Source: a virus
Taxonomy: Duplodnaviria; Caudoviricetes
Strand: one strand, 5' to 3'
IMG/VR virus record: IMGVR_UViG_2923249236_000002
Span: 7,991-71,990 of that record
DNA length: 64,000 nt
The position numbers were made by a program, and so were the translations under genes. Every line of letters begins with the position of its first letter. The stretch's first letter is position 1. Shown piece by piece: positions 8,841 through 23,404 of this stretch. Under the pieces are notes generated by a model. That model saw only the letters and a list, made by a program, of their open reading frames with translations, was not told where the DNA came from and searched no databases.

Positions 8841-8880
8841 TTTACAATCGTAAAAAATTAAATATGCTGTTAAGAGTGAT
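8841..8880 (+). promoter_or_regulatory. Candidate late promoter pR'
   Basis: TTTACA-N16-TATGCT followed by GTTAAGAGTG, resembling sequence usually found just after Q genes of this type. Confidence 0.45.
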
Positions 8881-8987
8881 TATTTCGTCATAGTGTTTAA
8901 ACCAGAAGCTAAGCGGGATTGTTACTTCTTTTTCCGGGAAACTTTTACAGGATAATTATACTGTTCTTTCAAAGTGAGGGAGGACGT

Positions 8988-9175
8988 ATGAAAGAAGGCT
9001 ACTACTGGATTCAGCATGTAGGTGTTGTACAGGTGGCGTATTACACGAATGACACTGTAGATGACCTGGAGTCAGGGCAGGTATCGTAGGTGTATGGCAT
9101 CTGACAAGAGGCGATGATATCTGCCATAACGGTGAAGCAGAAGTACTGTCGGGGCCGTTACAACCACCAGCTTAG
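8988..9175 (+). pseudogene. Small post-Q phage gene (MKEGYYWIQH...) with 1-nt deletion
   Basis: 188 nt long; partial copy at 38400-38519 shows the uninterrupted frame ESGPLIVGVWHLTRGDD. Confidence 0.7.
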
Positions 9176-9371
9176 ATATAGAACGCGCTGGCAGCGCCTG
9201 GAAGACGGCTTGAAATATTAGCTGCGTAAATCATACCCCTGATTTTCTGTATACCACTGCCGCGTAGCGGGGATCGGCTCCCGCACCCATCATAAGGCTG
9301 CGCTATTGCGTGGCCTTTTTTATTTCCACTTACCCGACATCCGGGTAGTCCATTCCCGGACAGGGGAAGTT

Positions 9372-9680
9372 ATGACAATAGATAAACATACGACATGGCT
9401 GGCCTACATCTGGGCATTAATCAGCGGCATATGCGCCCAGTGGACGTTAAACGACTATGGCGCGCTGATAGGTATTGTTCTGGGTATTGGTACGTTTCTG
9501 GTTAATAAGCATTACAAAAAGAAATCAGAGCAGGCTCAGGCAAGGCAGGCTGCCGCGATGGAAGAGCGTAACAGGCTAATCGCCCGGATTCTGGAAAAAA
9601 ACGACCATGACAGCACGTTAAAAATGCTGGCGGTATCTGAAATGCCGGAGGGCAGTAATGGCGCACAGGACAAAAGTTAA
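9372..9680 (+). CDS. Holin
   Basis: Two hydrophobic segments and basic C-terminus, upstream of lysozyme. Confidence 0.85.
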   Translation: MTIDKHTTWLAYIWALISGICAQWTLNDYGALIGIVLGIGTFLVNKHYKKKSEQAQARQAAAMEERNRLIARILEKNDHDSTLKMLAVSEMPEGSNGAQDKS

Positions 9681-10197
9681 ATACGGTCTTTCCGCCGCCA
9701 TGCTGGCGCTGATTGCCGCCGGTGCCAGCGCACCGCAGCTACTCGACCAGTTTTTACAGGAGCGGGAAGGAAATACGCTGGTGGCCGTTCGTGATAACGG
9801 CGGCGTCTGGTCAGTATGCCGTGGCGTGACTCGTATCGATGGTAAACCCGTTGTGAAAGGCCAGCGACTGACGCAAAGCCAGTGCGACCATTACAACGCC
9901 ATCGAGCGGGATAAAGCGCTGGCATGGGTAAATAAACATGTTCACATACCGCTGACCGAACCGCAGAAAGCCGGTATTGCGTCGTTCTGTCCGTATAACA
10001 TCGGTCCCGGTAAATGTTTCCCGTCCACGTTTTACCGGAAGCTCAACGCAGGAGATCGCAAAGGAGCGTGTGCAGAAATCCGCCGTTGGGTATATGACGG
10101 CGGCAAAGACTGCCGCAACAGGGAAAATCAGTGTTACGGCCAGGTGATACGACGCGACCAGGAATCGGCGCTGGCGTGCTGGGGTATTGATCAATAA
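9658..10197 (+). CDS. SAR endolysin, GH24 lysozyme
   Basis: Hydrophobic N-terminus; E-x8-D-x8-T region (EGNTLVAVRDNGGVWSVCRGVT). Confidence 0.93.
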   Translation: MAHRTKVKYGLSAAMLALIAAGASAPQLLDQFLQEREGNTLVAVRDNGGVWSVCRGVTRIDGKPVVKGQRLTQSQCDHYNAIERDKALAWVNKHVHIPLTEPQKAGIASFCPYNIGPGKCFPSTFYRKLNAGDRKGACAEIRRWVYDGGKDCRNRENQCYGQVIRRDQESALACWGIDQ

Positions 10198-10366
10198 ATT
10201 GTTGTCAGCGGAATAATTCACCAAAAAATGACATGGCGCCACAGGGGTGGATAACACAAAATCTGCCGATTTCTGATTTACGAAGGATATAAAAGCGAAA
10301 ACCCCGATTGCTGCAAACAGTCGGGGTTTTCTGTTTCTGCACCTTGATGAAGGCAAGGGAGAACCT

Positions 10367-10504
10367 GTGATTGATATTAGCAAACTGATTAGGGAGTTGC
10401 GACTAATGATTGAGCAATTACCAAACTGGAAATTTATCCTGATCTGGCTGGTACTGTTTGTCGCCGCTATTGGCTATCTGATAGGACAAATCCGTTGGTG
10501 GTGA
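10367..10504 (+). CDS. 45-aa single-TM peptide inside the lysis cassette
   Basis: GGAG RBS, GTG start, MIDISKLIRELRLMIEQLPNWKFILIWLVLFVAAIGYLIGQIRWW, stop abuts Rz start. Confidence 0.55.
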   Translation: MIDISKLIRELRLMIEQLPNWKFILIWLVLFVAAIGYLIGQIRWW

Positions 10505-10505
10505 C

Positions 10506-10970
10506 ATGAATCGTATAACCACCGGCGTAATAGTCTCGTTACTGGTAGTGATCGCAGCGCTGGCATGGGCAACAGACCATTACCACAGTAACGCGGTACG
10601 GTTCCGGCAACAGCGGGACACAGCCACTCACAACCTGAAGCTGGCGAACGAGACTATCAGTGATATGCAAACGCGCCAGCGTGACGTTGCCGCCCTCGAT
10701 GCAAAATACACGAAGGAATTAGCTGATGCACAGACCAGGAATACTGATTTGCAGCGCCGCCTTGCTGCTGGTGGCCGGGTGCGCGTCGAAGGGCGATGTT
10801 CAGTGCCCACCGAGACCGAAACCGCCAGCACCAGCCGCGTGGGCAATGCTGCCACCGTCGAACTCTCTCCAGGTGCTGGACAAAACGTTCTCGATATCCG
10901 CGCCGGGATCATCAGCGACCAGGAAAAACTGAAGTATTTGCAGGAGTACGTTCGCACGCAGTGCAGATAA
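10506..10970 (+). CDS. Rz i-spanin
   Basis: N-terminal TM, RQRDVAALDAKYTKELADA, LQEYVRTQC. Confidence 0.93.
   Translation: MNRITTGVIVSLLVVIAALAWATDHYHSNAVRFRQQRDTATHNLKLANETISDMQTRQRDVAALDAKYTKELADAQTRNTDLQRRLAAGGRVRVEGRCSVPTETETASTSRVGNAATVELSPGAGQNVLDIRAGIISDQEKLKYLQEYVRTQCR
10726..10932 (+). CDS. Rz1 o-spanin lipoprotein embedded in Rz
   Basis: Lipobox LVAG-C, Pro-rich, +1 frame within Rz. Confidence 0.85.
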   Translation: MHRPGILICSAALLLVAGCASKGDVQCPPRPKPPAPAAWAMLPPSNSLQVLDKTFSISAPGSSATRKN

Positions 10971-11144
10971 AAAAATCCCCGCAGGAGGGAAAAGAAGCTT
11001 ACCTGCGGGGGAGTTTCAGAAATGCATAAACATGACAATGTCTCTGGGTCTGCGTACTACCACATCGCGTTTTTATCGTACTGATATAAGCCAGTTTTCG
11101 TACACCTCAAAAACGTAACCAGACGCTAAAAACTGGTACACCTC

Positions 11145-11378
11145 ATGAAAATAACCCAATGGCTGAAAAGCCTCGTCCATACGGAGCAAAGAGAAATGCC
11201 GGATATGAAAGATATCGTCACCGACGACATGGTGAAAAATGCCCTCAAATCAGACGCTGTTACCATCGCAGTTAAAACGCAGATTAAATCCCCTCTGGAT
11301 CAGCAGATTGACGCCGCTGTCGATACCGCATTGACCGATATTCTCGGTAGTGATGCTGATAATACGGTTATGCAGTAG
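11145..11378 (+). CDS. Small hypothetical phage protein (DUF826-like)
   Basis: IVTDDMVKNALKSDAV motif; between lysis and packaging modules. Confidence 0.55.
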   Translation: MKITQWLKSLVHTEQREMPDMKDIVTDDMVKNALKSDAVTIAVKTQIKSPLDQQIDAAVDTALTDILGSDADNTVMQ

Positions 11379-11448
11379 GTGAGATCAGGCATTACAGCAG
11401 TCCTTCAGTGAGGGGCTGCGATAATGGTTAATCACAGAGAACATAATC

Positions 11449-13699
<2,251 letters not shown>

Positions 13700-13700
<1 letters not shown>

Positions 13701-15220
13701 TGTGGCTTTTTAAACGTAAAAAAACGGTGATACCGCCAGAAAGTCCGCCTGAACCACATCCGATGACGATCAGCGATGAGGTGGTTGCTGAGGCCGGGCA
13801 AAAACCGCAGCGTGAATTTGTTCGCTATGAGCCACCGCCGGGAGTCATTCCCGAAGACATACGCAATGCTGTACTGGCAATGGACTCGACTCCCTACGAT
13901 ACACTGAACAGCCAGTATCCTGATTTTGTGTACGGAGGATTTCCGGGCTATCCGTATCTGGCACTTCAGGCGCAGTTACCAGAGTACCGGCGCATGGTCA
14001 GTGTGATTGCCGAGGAGATGACCCGCAAATGGATAAAGGTTAAGGCGGTCGGGGAAGGGGACGACAGCCGCGCGCCGCGCATAGCGCAGCTTACTGATGC
14101 ACTGGAGCGCTATAACGTACGGGATGCCTTCAGGCTGGCGGTGGAGCATGACGGTTTTTTCGGACGAGGGCAAATTTATATCGATGTGCGTTCGCCATCG
14201 GGTATGTCGGCCTGGACTGACCCGGCGGAGCTGGAGTCCAGGCTGTTTATTTCAGACAAAAAAATCCCGAAAGGTTCTCTGCTGGGGCTTCGTGTTATTG
14301 AACCCGTCTGGACGTATCCGGGTATGTATAACGCGGATAATCCGCTGAGTGATGATTTTTACCGTCCGTCCGAATGGTACGTAATGGGAAAAACGGTTCA
14401 TGCCAGCCGCATGATTGATCTGATTTCCCGCCCGGTTCCGGACATGCTGAAGCCGGCCTATAACTTTGGCGGCCTGTCACTGGTTCAGATTGCCGAACCT
14501 TACGTCAACAACTGGCTGCGTACACGCGACAGCGTGGGCGATATGCTGCATTCGTTTTCGCTGAGCGGGATCATGACGGATATGAGCCAGGCGTTAACGG
14601 GGAAAAGGGACCCGAATTACGCAAAACGCGCGGAGCTGTTTAACCGTACTCGTGATAACCGCGGGTTGTTGATGCTGGACAAGCAGAAAGAAGAGTTTTT
14701 CCAGTTCAACACCCCTCTGAGCGGCCTCGACACCCTTCAGGCGCAGGCACAGGAGCACATGTTCTTTGTCAGTGCCATACCGTCAGTAAAGTTCGCCGGG
14801 CTGAGTCCTACGGGACTGAACGCGTCGAGTGAGGGTGAAATCCGTGTGTTTTACGACACCATTACCGCGCTTGCCACTCGTCTTCTGAATAAACCGCTGA
14901 AAAAGGTGCTGGATATTATCCAGTTGTCTGAGTTCGGCGATATCGATCCTGATATCACTTTTGAATTTGACCCCCTGCATGAACTGACGCGCGAGCAACT
15001 GGCGAATATCCGTAAAACTGAAGCGGAAACAGATCAGATTTACGAGAGCGCCGGAGCGGTGACCAATAACGAGGTACGCGAACGGCTGGCTACTGCACCG
15101 GACAGTCCGTACAGCGGTATTGACCTGAGCGGAGAAATCGAAATTGACGACACCGAAGAAAATCCGCCGCAGGACCCGAACGCAGACCCTGAGACGGATT
15201 TCACCCAACGCGGGGATTGA
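13700..15220 (+). CDS. Portal protein (DUF1073-like)
   Basis: Follows terL; [18 protein letters not shown] motif. Confidence 0.85.
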
Positions 15221-15950
15221 GGCCTGGTACCGCAGACAACTGGATAATGCCGTCAGTGAGATGCACAACAGCGTACTTTACTGGCTGCGGGCTGAGTACC
15301 GTAAAACAGACCTCGCGCAGGATGCGTCCCCCGTTAACCTGATGCGTGGTGCCATGCAACAACTTGCCAGGCGCTGGCAGAAAAAGTTTGACGAAATGGC
15401 CCTGCGGCTGGCGAGGCGGTTTGCCGGTGATATCCTGAAAAACAGCGATGCGTCACTGTCAACGGCGCTGAAAGATGCCGGTTTTACGGTTCCGTTCCGG
15501 ATGACGGCGGAGATGAACACAGCGCTTCAGGCCAGCATCACGGAGAATGTGAACCTCATTCGCTCCATCCCGCAACAACATCTCACTCAGGTGGAAACGC
15601 TGGTCATGCAGTCTGTTGGCCGGGGGCGTGACCTGAAAACCCTGACCGATGAACTGGAACAGCGCTACGGCGTTACGCGACGACGCGCGGCGCTGATTGC
15701 CCGCGACCAGAACAATAAAGCAACCTCGGTAATGCAGTCGGCCAGACAGCGCTCGGTGGGCATCACTGAAGGTATCTGGCGACATTCCCGCGCGGGTAAA
15801 ACATGGCGTCCGTCACATGTGAAAGCAAATGGTAAGCGGTTTGACCTGAGCAAGGGGATGTTTCTGGATGGTAAGTGGGTACTGCCGGGCGAAGAAATCA
15901 ACTGCAAGTGCGGCTGGGAGGCCGTTATTCCCGGACTGGAGAAAAGATGA
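15144..15950 (+). CDS. Head morphogenesis protein (SPP1 gp7/MuF-like)
   Basis: [19 protein letters not shown] motifs. Confidence 0.85.
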   Translation: MTTPKKIRRRTRTQTLRRISPNAGIEAWYRRQLDNAVSEMHNSVLYWLRAEYRKTDLAQDASPVNLMRGAMQQLARRWQKKFDEMALRLARRFAGDILKNSDASLSTALKDAGFTVPFRMTAEMNTALQASITENVNLIRSIPQQHLTQVETLVMQSVGRGRDLKTLTDELEQRYGVTRRRAALIARDQNNKATSVMQSARQRSVGITEGIWRHSRAGKTWRPSHVKANGKRFDLSKGMFLDGKWVLPGEEINCKCGWEAVIPGLEKR

Positions 15951-17293
15951 TTATTACCGAAATGCTGGCGTTTGACCGGGCATCGGTAAGGCAGTTCGAT
16001 AAAGTAGGTCGCCTCCAGATTGAGCGCAGTAATCTCAGCAAGGCGAACGTCTGCGGTTATTTCGGGCATGAAATACCGGGGGCGGAAGCACTGGGACTCG
16101 ACCCTCAAAAACTTTATCAGCTTTACCGTGACCCCGATGAACTGCGCAAGGCAGTTTCAACCTTCAACAATATTCCCGTCCTGTGCCGACACAAACCCGA
16201 TTATCCGGGCGCGCCCGCGCGCGAGTACCGGGTGGGGACGACTCATGCCAACAGCGAGTTTGACGGTACCTATCTGGTTAACGGCATGTCCATCTGGGAC
16301 AACTCCGCCATCGCGGGGATAGAAACGGATGAACAACGGGAAATCTCATCGTCATATGCCTATGTGGCAGATATGACGCCCGGAACCACCCCCGACGGTG
16401 AACCGTATGACGGCGTTATGCGGAATATCGTGGGAAATCATGTGGCGCTGGTCGGCGATGGCCGGGCGGGGCCGGACTGTCTTGTTATGGACTCTCTCCC
16501 TCAGGAGCTAAAACGCATGAAACTGAGTAAAAAAGAAGTGGCGGTACTTACCGCGCTGGGAACCTATCTTGCGCCGCGTCTGGCACAGGATGCGGCTCCC
16601 AGGGATTTGTTACGCCTGATGGCGCAGCATAAGCGCCCGGCAGCTATCGCCAGCGCGGTAAAAACTGCCTACAGCGAACGGCTGGCACAGGATATGGATA
16701 TTGAACCGGCGGAGCTGGCGCAACTGATGGAATCAGCAGAAGCCGTGCCGGAGCTGGCCGGGGATGATGATACCGGGTCAACTGACGAGCCGAAGGCATT
16801 TGATACCGACAGCCTGATGGAAAGTGTACTGGCGTTGCTGTCCGGCAAAGTTCCTGATGATGTGCTGGAAAAAATTAAATCCGCACTGGCTCCGGCAACT
16901 GACGAAGACCCCGAAATAAAAGAGGCTAATGTGAAACCCGACGATGTGAAAGTCGATAAACCCGCGATGGATGCGGCAATCCGGCTGGCAACTGACCAGG
17001 CAACGAAACGGGCTGCTGAAAATTTCCGCGCCGTTCGTGTGGCTGAAACCGAAGTGCGACCGCTGATTGGCGATGTGGTGGCGATGGACTGCGCCGAAGA
17101 GGTTTACCGTACTGCGCTGGAGCAGACGGGGATCGATATCCAGGGCATTCACCCCAGCGCGTACCGCAGCATGGTGAAGTTTGCCGTTGAGCAGAAACAG
17201 ACGGCTAAAGGTCCGCGTGTTGCGATGGACCAGGCCAGCGCATCGACGTTTGCGGCAGATTTCCCCGGTGCAAAACTGAAACGAGGTTACTGA
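15947..17293 (+). CDS. DUF2213 prohead protease/scaffold
   Basis: [13 protein letters not shown] motif; repeated AMD/AQD motifs. Confidence 0.85.
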   Translation: MIITEMLAFDRASVRQFDKVGRLQIERSNLSKANVCGYFGHEIPGAEALGLDPQKLYQLYRDPDELRKAVSTFNNIPVLCRHKPDYPGAPAREYRVGTTHANSEFDGTYLVNGMSIWDNSAIAGIETDEQREISSSYAYVADMTPGTTPDGEPYDGVMRNIVGNHVALVGDGRAGPDCLVMDSLPQELKRMKLSKKEVAVLTALGTYLAPRLAQDAAPRDLLRLMAQHKRPAAIASAVKTAYSERLAQDMDIEPAELAQLMESAEAVPELAGDDDTGSTDEPKAFDTDSLMESVLALLSGKVPDDVLEKIKSALAPATDEDPEIKEANVKPDDVKVDKPAMDAAIRLATDQATKRAAENFRAVRVAETEVRPLIGDVVAMDCAEEVYRTALEQTGIDIQGIHPSAYRSMVKFAVEQKQTAKGPRVAMDQASASTFAADFPGAKLKRGY

Positions 17294-17294
17294 T

Positions 17295-17777
17295 ATGAAT
17301 ACTTTTCAGACACATATGAACCAGTACCCGGCACCGGGGATTCCAGGGGCATTTGCCAGTGATAACCCTCACGCCTCGTATGTGGCGGGAGAGGGCGCGC
17401 TGATTACCGGCCCTGACGGACTGGTCATTGCCCGGTTTGCCTGGGTAACCAAAGGCGTTGCCTCCAATAAGGGAACCGGTGCGCCGGCGGGTTTTGTTCC
17501 GCGCGACGGGCAGGCTTCCATCGTGGAATGGCTGGCCGGCGACTCGAATACTATTTACCCGGGACGTGAATGTACCCTGATGGTATCGGGGGACTTCTGG
17601 GCGCTGACCACCACCCCCGCGACGGTCGGGCAGAAAGTTTTTGCCTCCCTGACTACAGGCGAAATCGCCACGGGGGCAGCAGGCGCCACGATGGCGGGGT
17701 TTGTCGAAACCGGGTTTACCGTTGCGCAGGCAGCAGCGGCGAAAGAAGTGATTAAAATCAGTACCTGGAGCAAATAA
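17295..17777 (+). CDS. Head decoration/cement protein
   Basis: Position before capsid gene; Gly/Ala-rich. Confidence 0.7.
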   Translation: MNTFQTHMNQYPAPGIPGAFASDNPHASYVAGEGALITGPDGLVIARFAWVTKGVASNKGTGAPAGFVPRDGQASIVEWLAGDSNTIYPGRECTLMVSGDFWALTTTPATVGQKVFASLTTGEIATGAAGATMAGFVETGFTVAQAAAAKEVIKISTWSK

Positions 17778-18805
17778 TGAATAAATTTAAACAGCATTAT
17801 GCGACGGTAAGCCGCGACTACGGGATTATCCTGCCCGGTGCGCAGGCTTATCTGCCACCGGAATACGCCGCCGATTACGGACTGGCGATGGACGCGCAGC
17901 CTGCGCTGGTCACCGCGGCTAACAGCGGTATTCCTGCATATTTCACCAATTACGTTGAGCCAGAACTGATCCGCGTGCTGGTGACACCGATGAAAGGGGC
18001 TCAGATTCTGGGCGAAACCAAAAAAGGTGACTGGACGACACTGTCGGCACAGTTCCCGATTGCAGAATCTGTCGGGGAAGTGAGTTCCTACGGGGATTAC
18101 AGCAACAACGGGGTGGTAAGCGCAAACGTCAACTGGGTACCGCGTCAAAGTTACCATTTTCAGACATTTACCGTATGGGGCGAACGTGAGCTGGAGATGT
18201 ACGGCGCAGCCCGTATTGGCTGGGCGGCTGAGCTGAACGTGGCGTCGGCACTGACGCTGAATAAGTTCCAGAATAAGTCCTATTTCTATGGTATTGCCGG
18301 ACTGGCGAACTACGGTTTGCTGAATGACCCGTCGTTATCCGCACCGATAACCCCGGATACCGTGGACGGTAAGCTGAAGTGGGACGACAAGGACGGACAG
18401 GGCGTGTATGACGATATCGTGAAGCTCTTTAAGCAACTGGTGAAACAGACGCAGGGACATATCGAGCGTGCCGACAAAATGAAGCTGTGCATGTCGCCGC
18501 TGGCGGAGGTGAACCTCACCAAGACCAACCAGTACAAGGTTAACGTGTCCGATCTGCTGGCGAAAAACTTCCCGGCGATGACCATTGAGACGGCGGTGGA
18601 ATATACCTCTGACGCTGGCGAGCTGGTACAGCTTATCGCGGAGCGTCTGGGTGAACAGGATACAGGCTATTGCTCTTTCACTGAAAAAATGCGCGCCCAT
18701 GCGGTAGTGACTGAATCATCTGCCTGGAAACAAAAAAAATCTGCCGGTACCTGGGGGGCGATTATTCGCCAGCCGCTGGCGTATGCACAAATGCTGGGGG
18801 TGTGA
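17777..18805 (+). CDS. Major capsid protein (DUF2184-like)
   Basis: Size and position; YGLLNDP motif. Confidence 0.85.
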   Translation: MNKFKQHYATVSRDYGIILPGAQAYLPPEYAADYGLAMDAQPALVTAANSGIPAYFTNYVEPELIRVLVTPMKGAQILGETKKGDWTTLSAQFPIAESVGEVSSYGDYSNNGVVSANVNWVPRQSYHFQTFTVWGERELEMYGAARIGWAAELNVASALTLNKFQNKSYFYGIAGLANYGLLNDPSLSAPITPDTVDGKLKWDDKDGQGVYDDIVKLFKQLVKQTQGHIERADKMKLCMSPLAEVNLTKTNQYKVNVSDLLAKNFPAMTIETAVEYTSDAGELVQLIAERLGEQDTGYCSFTEKMRAHAVVTESSAWKQKKSAGTWGAIIRQPLAYAQMLGV

Positions 18806-18808
18806 GTC

Positions 18809-19156
18809 ATGGCTGAAATGGTAACAGTGGGCTGCAAATTGCCGAACGGTCTGGTGCTGGAAGTGGGACCGGAGCGGGTACAGGTAGCAGGCTGGCGGAA
18901 TAACGCCGTTAAAATCGTTGGGGGTTATGGCCTGACGCAGGTTGAAAAGGCGTTCTGGGAAGCCTGGCTGGCGGAGCACGGCCAGCAACCTTATGTGAAA
19001 AACGGCGTTATTTTTGCGCAGGATAAGGCGAACAGCGCTGCCGCGCAGGCTACGGAGCAGGAAACCGTGAAATCCGGCCTTGAACCGCTGCCGCAGAAAG
19101 ATCCGGCTCCGGGCATTAACCGCAATGACGAAGTGATGGACAAACCTCAGGAGTAA
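18809..19156 (+). CDS. Hypothetical virion protein
   Basis: VGCKLPNGL motif; within structural operon. Confidence 0.7.
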   Translation: MAEMVTVGCKLPNGLVLEVGPERVQVAGWRNNAVKIVGGYGLTQVEKAFWEAWLAEHGQQPYVKNGVIFAQDKANSAAAQATEQETVKSGLEPLPQKDPAPGINRNDEVMDKPQE

Positions 19157-19162
19157 AACGGT

Positions 19163-19618
19163 ATGGGTACGGTAACGTTTGACTGGCAGGCATTTTCGGC
19201 CCTTTACCCTGAGCTTTCCGCTGTTGGTCAGGTTTCCGCAACCGCCATGTTTGGTAAAGCGACCACGTTATACATGGATAATACGGACGACAGTCCGGTT
19301 ACCGACCTGAACGAGCGGGAACAGCTTTTGTTCCTGCTGGTTGCTCACCTGTGCGCGTTGCGTGGATTCGGCAAAAGCGGTGACGAGCAACCGGAGCTGG
19401 TGGGACGTATCACCAGTGCATCGCAGGGTTCAGTTTCCGTCTCCGTGGACAATAGCGGCAGTAACGATGCGTCGTGGTGGTATCTCCAGACACCTTACGG
19501 CGCTGATTACTGGCAGGCGACGGCGCCGTACCGTTCAATGGAGTATGTACCGGGCGGTTCACCTTCGCGATATCCGGGGCATTATTACCGGGGATACGGG
19601 AGGGGGCGTCGATGGTAA
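19163..19618 (+). CDS. DUF4054 head-tail adaptor
   Basis: [24 protein letters not shown]. Confidence 0.8.
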   Translation: MGTVTFDWQAFSALYPELSAVGQVSATAMFGKATTLYMDNTDDSPVTDLNEREQLLFLLVAHLCALRGFGKSGDEQPELVGRITSASQGSVSVSVDNSGSNDASWWYLQTPYGADYWQATAPYRSMEYVPGGSPSRYPGHYYRGYGRGRRW

Positions 19619-20196
19619 ACAAAGTCACGGGCGGCAAACAGTTCAGGCAGAGGCTGAAACAGACCGCAGATAACCTTAAATCGGGCAAAAGCCTCAAAGT
19701 GGGTTTTCTTGAAGGGGCAACTGACCCCGATGGTACGCCAGTGGCTTATATCGCCGCCATTCAGGAGTTTGGCGGTAGTGCGGTTATACCCGCCCGCGAG
19801 CAGACGCTCCACTTTCGCTATAACGAAAAAACGGGAGAAATCGGGCACCGCTTTGTCAAAGCGGGTAAGGGTAATTTTGCTCATGATGTGGTTATTCCTG
19901 AGCACACGGTCACCATTCCACCCCGTCCTTTCTTCCGTAAGATGATCGAACATAAAAGCCCTGAATGGGGCGAAAAAATGGCGACGCTCTTACGCACGAA
20001 TGATTTTGATACCGCGACCGCGCTGGTGTACATGGGGGAGCATATCAAAGGGCAGTTGCAGATGTTTATTCGCGACTGGAAAAAGCCACCCAACGCCGCA
20101 TCCACTGTCCGGCAAAAGGGCTTTAACAACCCGCTTATTGAAACCGGTCATATGATGAACAGTGTCGATTATTCTGTTGACGGGAGCAAAAAATGA
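19612..20196 (+). CDS. Neck/tail-completion protein
   Basis: IQEFG, IPPRPFF, PLIETG motifs. Confidence 0.75.
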   Translation: MVNKVTGGKQFRQRLKQTADNLKSGKSLKVGFLEGATDPDGTPVAYIAAIQEFGGSAVIPAREQTLHFRYNEKTGEIGHRFVKAGKGNFAHDVVIPEHTVTIPPRPFFRKMIEHKSPEWGEKMATLLRTNDFDTATALVYMGEHIKGQLQMFIRDWKKPPNAASTVRQKGFNNPLIETGHMMNSVDYSVDGSKK

Positions 20197-20558
20197 ACCT
20201 CCACGGTATTGTTTCCGGCTCGGTACGCCGGGTAAATCCTTATACGGACGCGCTGGTTTATCGCTCGCGCGGGAGTACACAGCAGGCGGATTATTCCCGC
20301 GTGCCTGAGTATGAAGATCCGGTTCCCGTCAGGGTACAAAAACAGGCCGTCACCCAGGCGGATTTACGTCATCTCGACAATCTGAACCAGCAGGGCGTTT
20401 TCGCCACACTGTATACCGACGGTAACTGGTGCGGGCTTAACCGTACCCGGCAACAGGGTGGCGATAAATTTGTCATTGGCGATGAAACGTGGCTGGTGGT
20501 TGAGGTACCGGAAATCTGGCCGGACTGGACGAGGGTTATTGTATGTCTTCAGGTGTGA
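20193..20558 (+). CDS. Head-closure-like protein
   Basis: Operon position; coupled start/stop. Confidence 0.65.
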   Translation: MNLHGIVSGSVRRVNPYTDALVYRSRGSTQQADYSRVPEYEDPVPVRVQKQAVTQADLRHLDNLNQQGVFATLYTDGNWCGLNRTRQQGGDKFVIGDETWLVVEVPEIWPDWTRVIVCLQV

Positions 20559-21088
20559 CCCTCTCCGTTACGGAAAGCGATCTTTATCAGGCCCTCGGTG
20601 ATTATCTCCGGGGGCTTTTTTCTGATGCCGGGATTGAACGAACACAACAGAACTTGGTTCCGATGCCTCAGGGGGACTTCATCACCATGACAGGTATTGA
20701 TGTTACCGGATTATCCACTGCGGTAGTGACATACTCTGCGCCGGAACAGGCCGGTGAAGGCTCTCAGCATATCACCCGTACCACAAAATGGCGTTGCCAG
20801 CTTGATTTCTACGGGCCTCATGCGGCGGATAACGCGCAGGCGCTGTCCACGCTTTTCCGGTCTGAATTTTCCGTGCAGCTTTTCCGGCAGACCGGGGGGC
20901 TGATTTCCCCGCTGTATTGCTCAGATCCCCTTAACACCACGTTCGTCAACGGCCAGCAGCAGTATGAACCGCGCCGGACGCTTGATATTCAGATGCAGAT
21001 TAACCCTGTGATCACAACACCTCTGCTGTTTTTTGACAACGTGATCACCCGGACAACGGAGGCTGATAATGCCAATTCCACTCAGTAA
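20543..21088 (+). CDS. Tail terminator-like protein
   Basis: QLDFYG motif; directly before sheath gene. Confidence 0.65.
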   Translation: MSSGVTLSVTESDLYQALGDYLRGLFSDAGIERTQQNLVPMPQGDFITMTGIDVTGLSTAVVTYSAPEQAGEGSQHITRTTKWRCQLDFYGPHAADNAQALSTLFRSEFSVQLFRQTGGLISPLYCSDPLNTTFVNGQQQYEPRRTLDIQMQINPVITTPLLFFDNVITRTTEADNANSTQ

Positions 21089-22553
21089 AGATGTACAGAT
21101 AAATCCCGGTGTGCTGGCTGTGGCGGGTAATGCCGTCGATCTTAATGGCCTGTTGCTGACCGGCAATCCACTACTCCCGGTTGGCGGTGTGGTTCCGTTT
21201 TCCTCCCCGGATGATGTGGCCGCATACTTTGGTGCATTATCCGATGAGTACGCCCGCGCTCAGCTTTATTTTCAGGGCTTCAAAAATGCCACTAAGACGC
21301 CGGGACAATTGTTGTTTTCCCGTTTCAATCTTGCCGCATCGGCGGCCTGGTTACGTAGTGGTTCGTTTAAGGGCGTGACTATTGAACAGCTACAAAAACT
21401 TTCCGGTACGCTGACGCTGAGTATTAACGGGAAAAGCGCCAGCGCTGAGGTGAATTTTAACGGCGTCACCAGCTTCGCTGCTGCTGCAACGGCACTACAG
21501 ACAGCGCTGACCGCGGCGGTGGCAACAGTGGTATTCGATACCACACAGAATGCTTTCGTCATTACTGCCGCCGGGGCGAAACCGGAGAGCACCACGATAA
21601 CGTTCAGCAGTGGATCGGCAGCGGAACCCCTGAGGATGACCAGTAATACGGGCGCGGTGATATCCCGGGGCGCGCCTGTATCTGATGTACCTGACACGAT
21701 GGCAGCCATTAAGGACGCTTCCCAGCAATGGGCGGGTTTTTCCACGGTATCTGAGGTCACTGATGAGCAACACCTGGCGTTTTCTGCCTGGGCAAACGGA
21801 CAGGGCAAGCGTTACTTTTACGTGGCCTGGACAACCAGCGGTAATGCCAAAGTAAAAGGCAGTACCGATCATATTGCGTACCAGATAATCACCGTCAATA
21901 ACCACAGTGCTGTTGTACCGGTTTTCGCGTCTGATGGTAACCGGGCGGCTGCGGTACTGGGGTATGCGGCGTGCCTTGATTTTGTCCGACCGGAGGGGCG
22001 AGTGCCGTTCAAGTTCCGCGAGTATGAAGGTCTGGCCGCCGATGTTACCAGTGGCAGCGATTACGATGCGCTGATAGCCGCAGGTTACAACTTCTACGGA
22101 AAATATGCGGAAAACAGTGTGGTGGAAGATTACTGGGCGGATGGCACTATTACCGGCGATTTTAAATGGCTGGACAGCTTCTGTGGACAAATCTGGCTGA
22201 ATGCTAATTTGCAGGGAGCGGTAATTTCCCTGTTCAAATCAAACCAGACGATCCCCTACAACAATGAAGGGCGGGCGCTGGTTGCGGCATCAATGAGTGA
22301 CGTTATCCAGCAGTACAAACGCTGGGGCGGTATCCGTGAGGGGGTGACACTGACGGAGGCGCAGAAGAAGCAGATCAACAATGTTGTGGGGGAGGATGTT
22401 TCCTCAACACTGTTTGCCACCGGCTACTACCTGTACATCGGCGATATGCTTCCTTCACTGCGGGCAGCCCGTAGCAGCCCGTCCTGTACGCTCTGGTACT
22501 GTGACGGCGGCAGTATCCAGAAATTTGCTATTGCATCCACGGAGGTCCAGTAA
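21069..22553 (+). CDS. Tail sheath (DUF3383)
   Basis: 494 aa; C-terminal WYCDGGSIQ. Confidence 0.85.
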   Translation: MPIPLSKDVQINPGVLAVAGNAVDLNGLLLTGNPLLPVGGVVPFSSPDDVAAYFGALSDEYARAQLYFQGFKNATKTPGQLLFSRFNLAASAAWLRSGSFKGVTIEQLQKLSGTLTLSINGKSASAEVNFNGVTSFAAAATALQTALTAAVATVVFDTTQNAFVITAAGAKPESTTITFSSGSAAEPLRMTSNTGAVISRGAPVSDVPDTMAAIKDASQQWAGFSTVSEVTDEQHLAFSAWANGQGKRYFYVAWTTSGNAKVKGSTDHIAYQIITVNNHSAVVPVFASDGNRAAAVLGYAACLDFVRPEGRVPFKFREYEGLAADVTSGSDYDALIAAGYNFYGKYAENSVVEDYWADGTITGDFKWLDSFCGQIWLNANLQGAVISLFKSNQTIPYNNEGRALVAASMSDVIQQYKRWGGIREGVTLTEAQKKQINNVVGEDVSSTLFATGYYLYIGDMLPSLRAARSSPSCTLWYCDGGSIQKFAIASTEVQ

Positions 22554-23000
22554 ATGTCAGGTAACAACAACACCATCACTGCGGCGGATGCCATTATCAC
22601 GCTGACAGTGAATAATCTGTATCCCTCCGGTATACAGCTTCAGGGATTTGCAGCAGATAACGTTTATGGCACCGATCCGCTGGTACTGGCGGAAACCGTC
22701 CGCGGTATTGACGGTAAACTGTCTGCGGGATTTGTGTACAGCAACATTATCCAGACGTTTCACATCATGCCGGACTCACCCAGCCGGGATATTTTTGATA
22801 CCTGGTCAACCACATCCCGGACCAGCCGGGCTGTATTCCGTTGTAATGCTGTCGTGCTGCTTCCGGCGATAGGCCGTAAATATACCTGCGTAAATGGCGT
22901 ACTCAAACAATGGAAAGCGTTGCCTGACGCGGCGCGTACATTGCAGCCAGGACAGGCGGTTATCGAGTGGGAAACTATCACTCCGGAGGTTTTTAACTGA
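22554..23000 (+). CDS. Tail tube protein
   Basis: Follows sheath; 148 aa. Confidence 0.75.
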   Translation: MSGNNNTITAADAIITLTVNNLYPSGIQLQGFAADNVYGTDPLVLAETVRGIDGKLSAGFVYSNIIQTFHIMPDSPSRDIFDTWSTTSRTSRAVFRCNAVVLLPAIGRKYTCVNGVLKQWKALPDAARTLQPGQAVIEWETITPEVFN

Positions 23001-23404
23001 TGGCCCGTAAAGAGAAGTTTATCACTATTGATGGTCAGGGGCGGGATAAAGGCAAGGTATTTCACCTTACCGAAATGCCAGCCTCGCAGGCGGAATGGTG
23101 GGCGATGCGCGCCATTATGGCGATGGGGCGTGGCGGCGTGGATTTACCGGATGATGTTCGCAGCATGGGGATGGCTGCGCTGGCGCTGGAAGGGCTGAAA
23201 GCGTTGTCAAAAATCCCGCCGGAAGAGGCAAAGCCGCTGATGGATGAGATGATGGCCTGTATACAGTTTGTTCCTGACCCGAAAAATCACAGCGTACGGC
23301 GACCTCTTATTGAAGACGATATTGAGGAAATCATCACCAGGCTTGATCTGCGTGCGGAGGTATTCAGACTGCATGTGGATTTTTTCAGTACCGCTGCCAG
23401 CTAG
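23000..23404 (+). CDS. Tail assembly chaperone (G-like)
   Basis: Between tube and tape measure; slippery T-TTT-TTC at 23380-23386. Confidence 0.8.
   Translation: MARKEKFITIDGQGRDKGKVFHLTEMPASQAEWWAMRAIMAMGRGGVDLPDDVRSMGMAALALEGLKALSKIPPEEAKPLMDEMMACIQFVPDPKNHSVRRPLIEDDIEEIITRLDLRAEVFRLHVDFFSTAAS

Noticed and set aside
11079-11095. LexA box near the packaging genes
   Set aside because: CTG-N8-CAG spacing rather than N10
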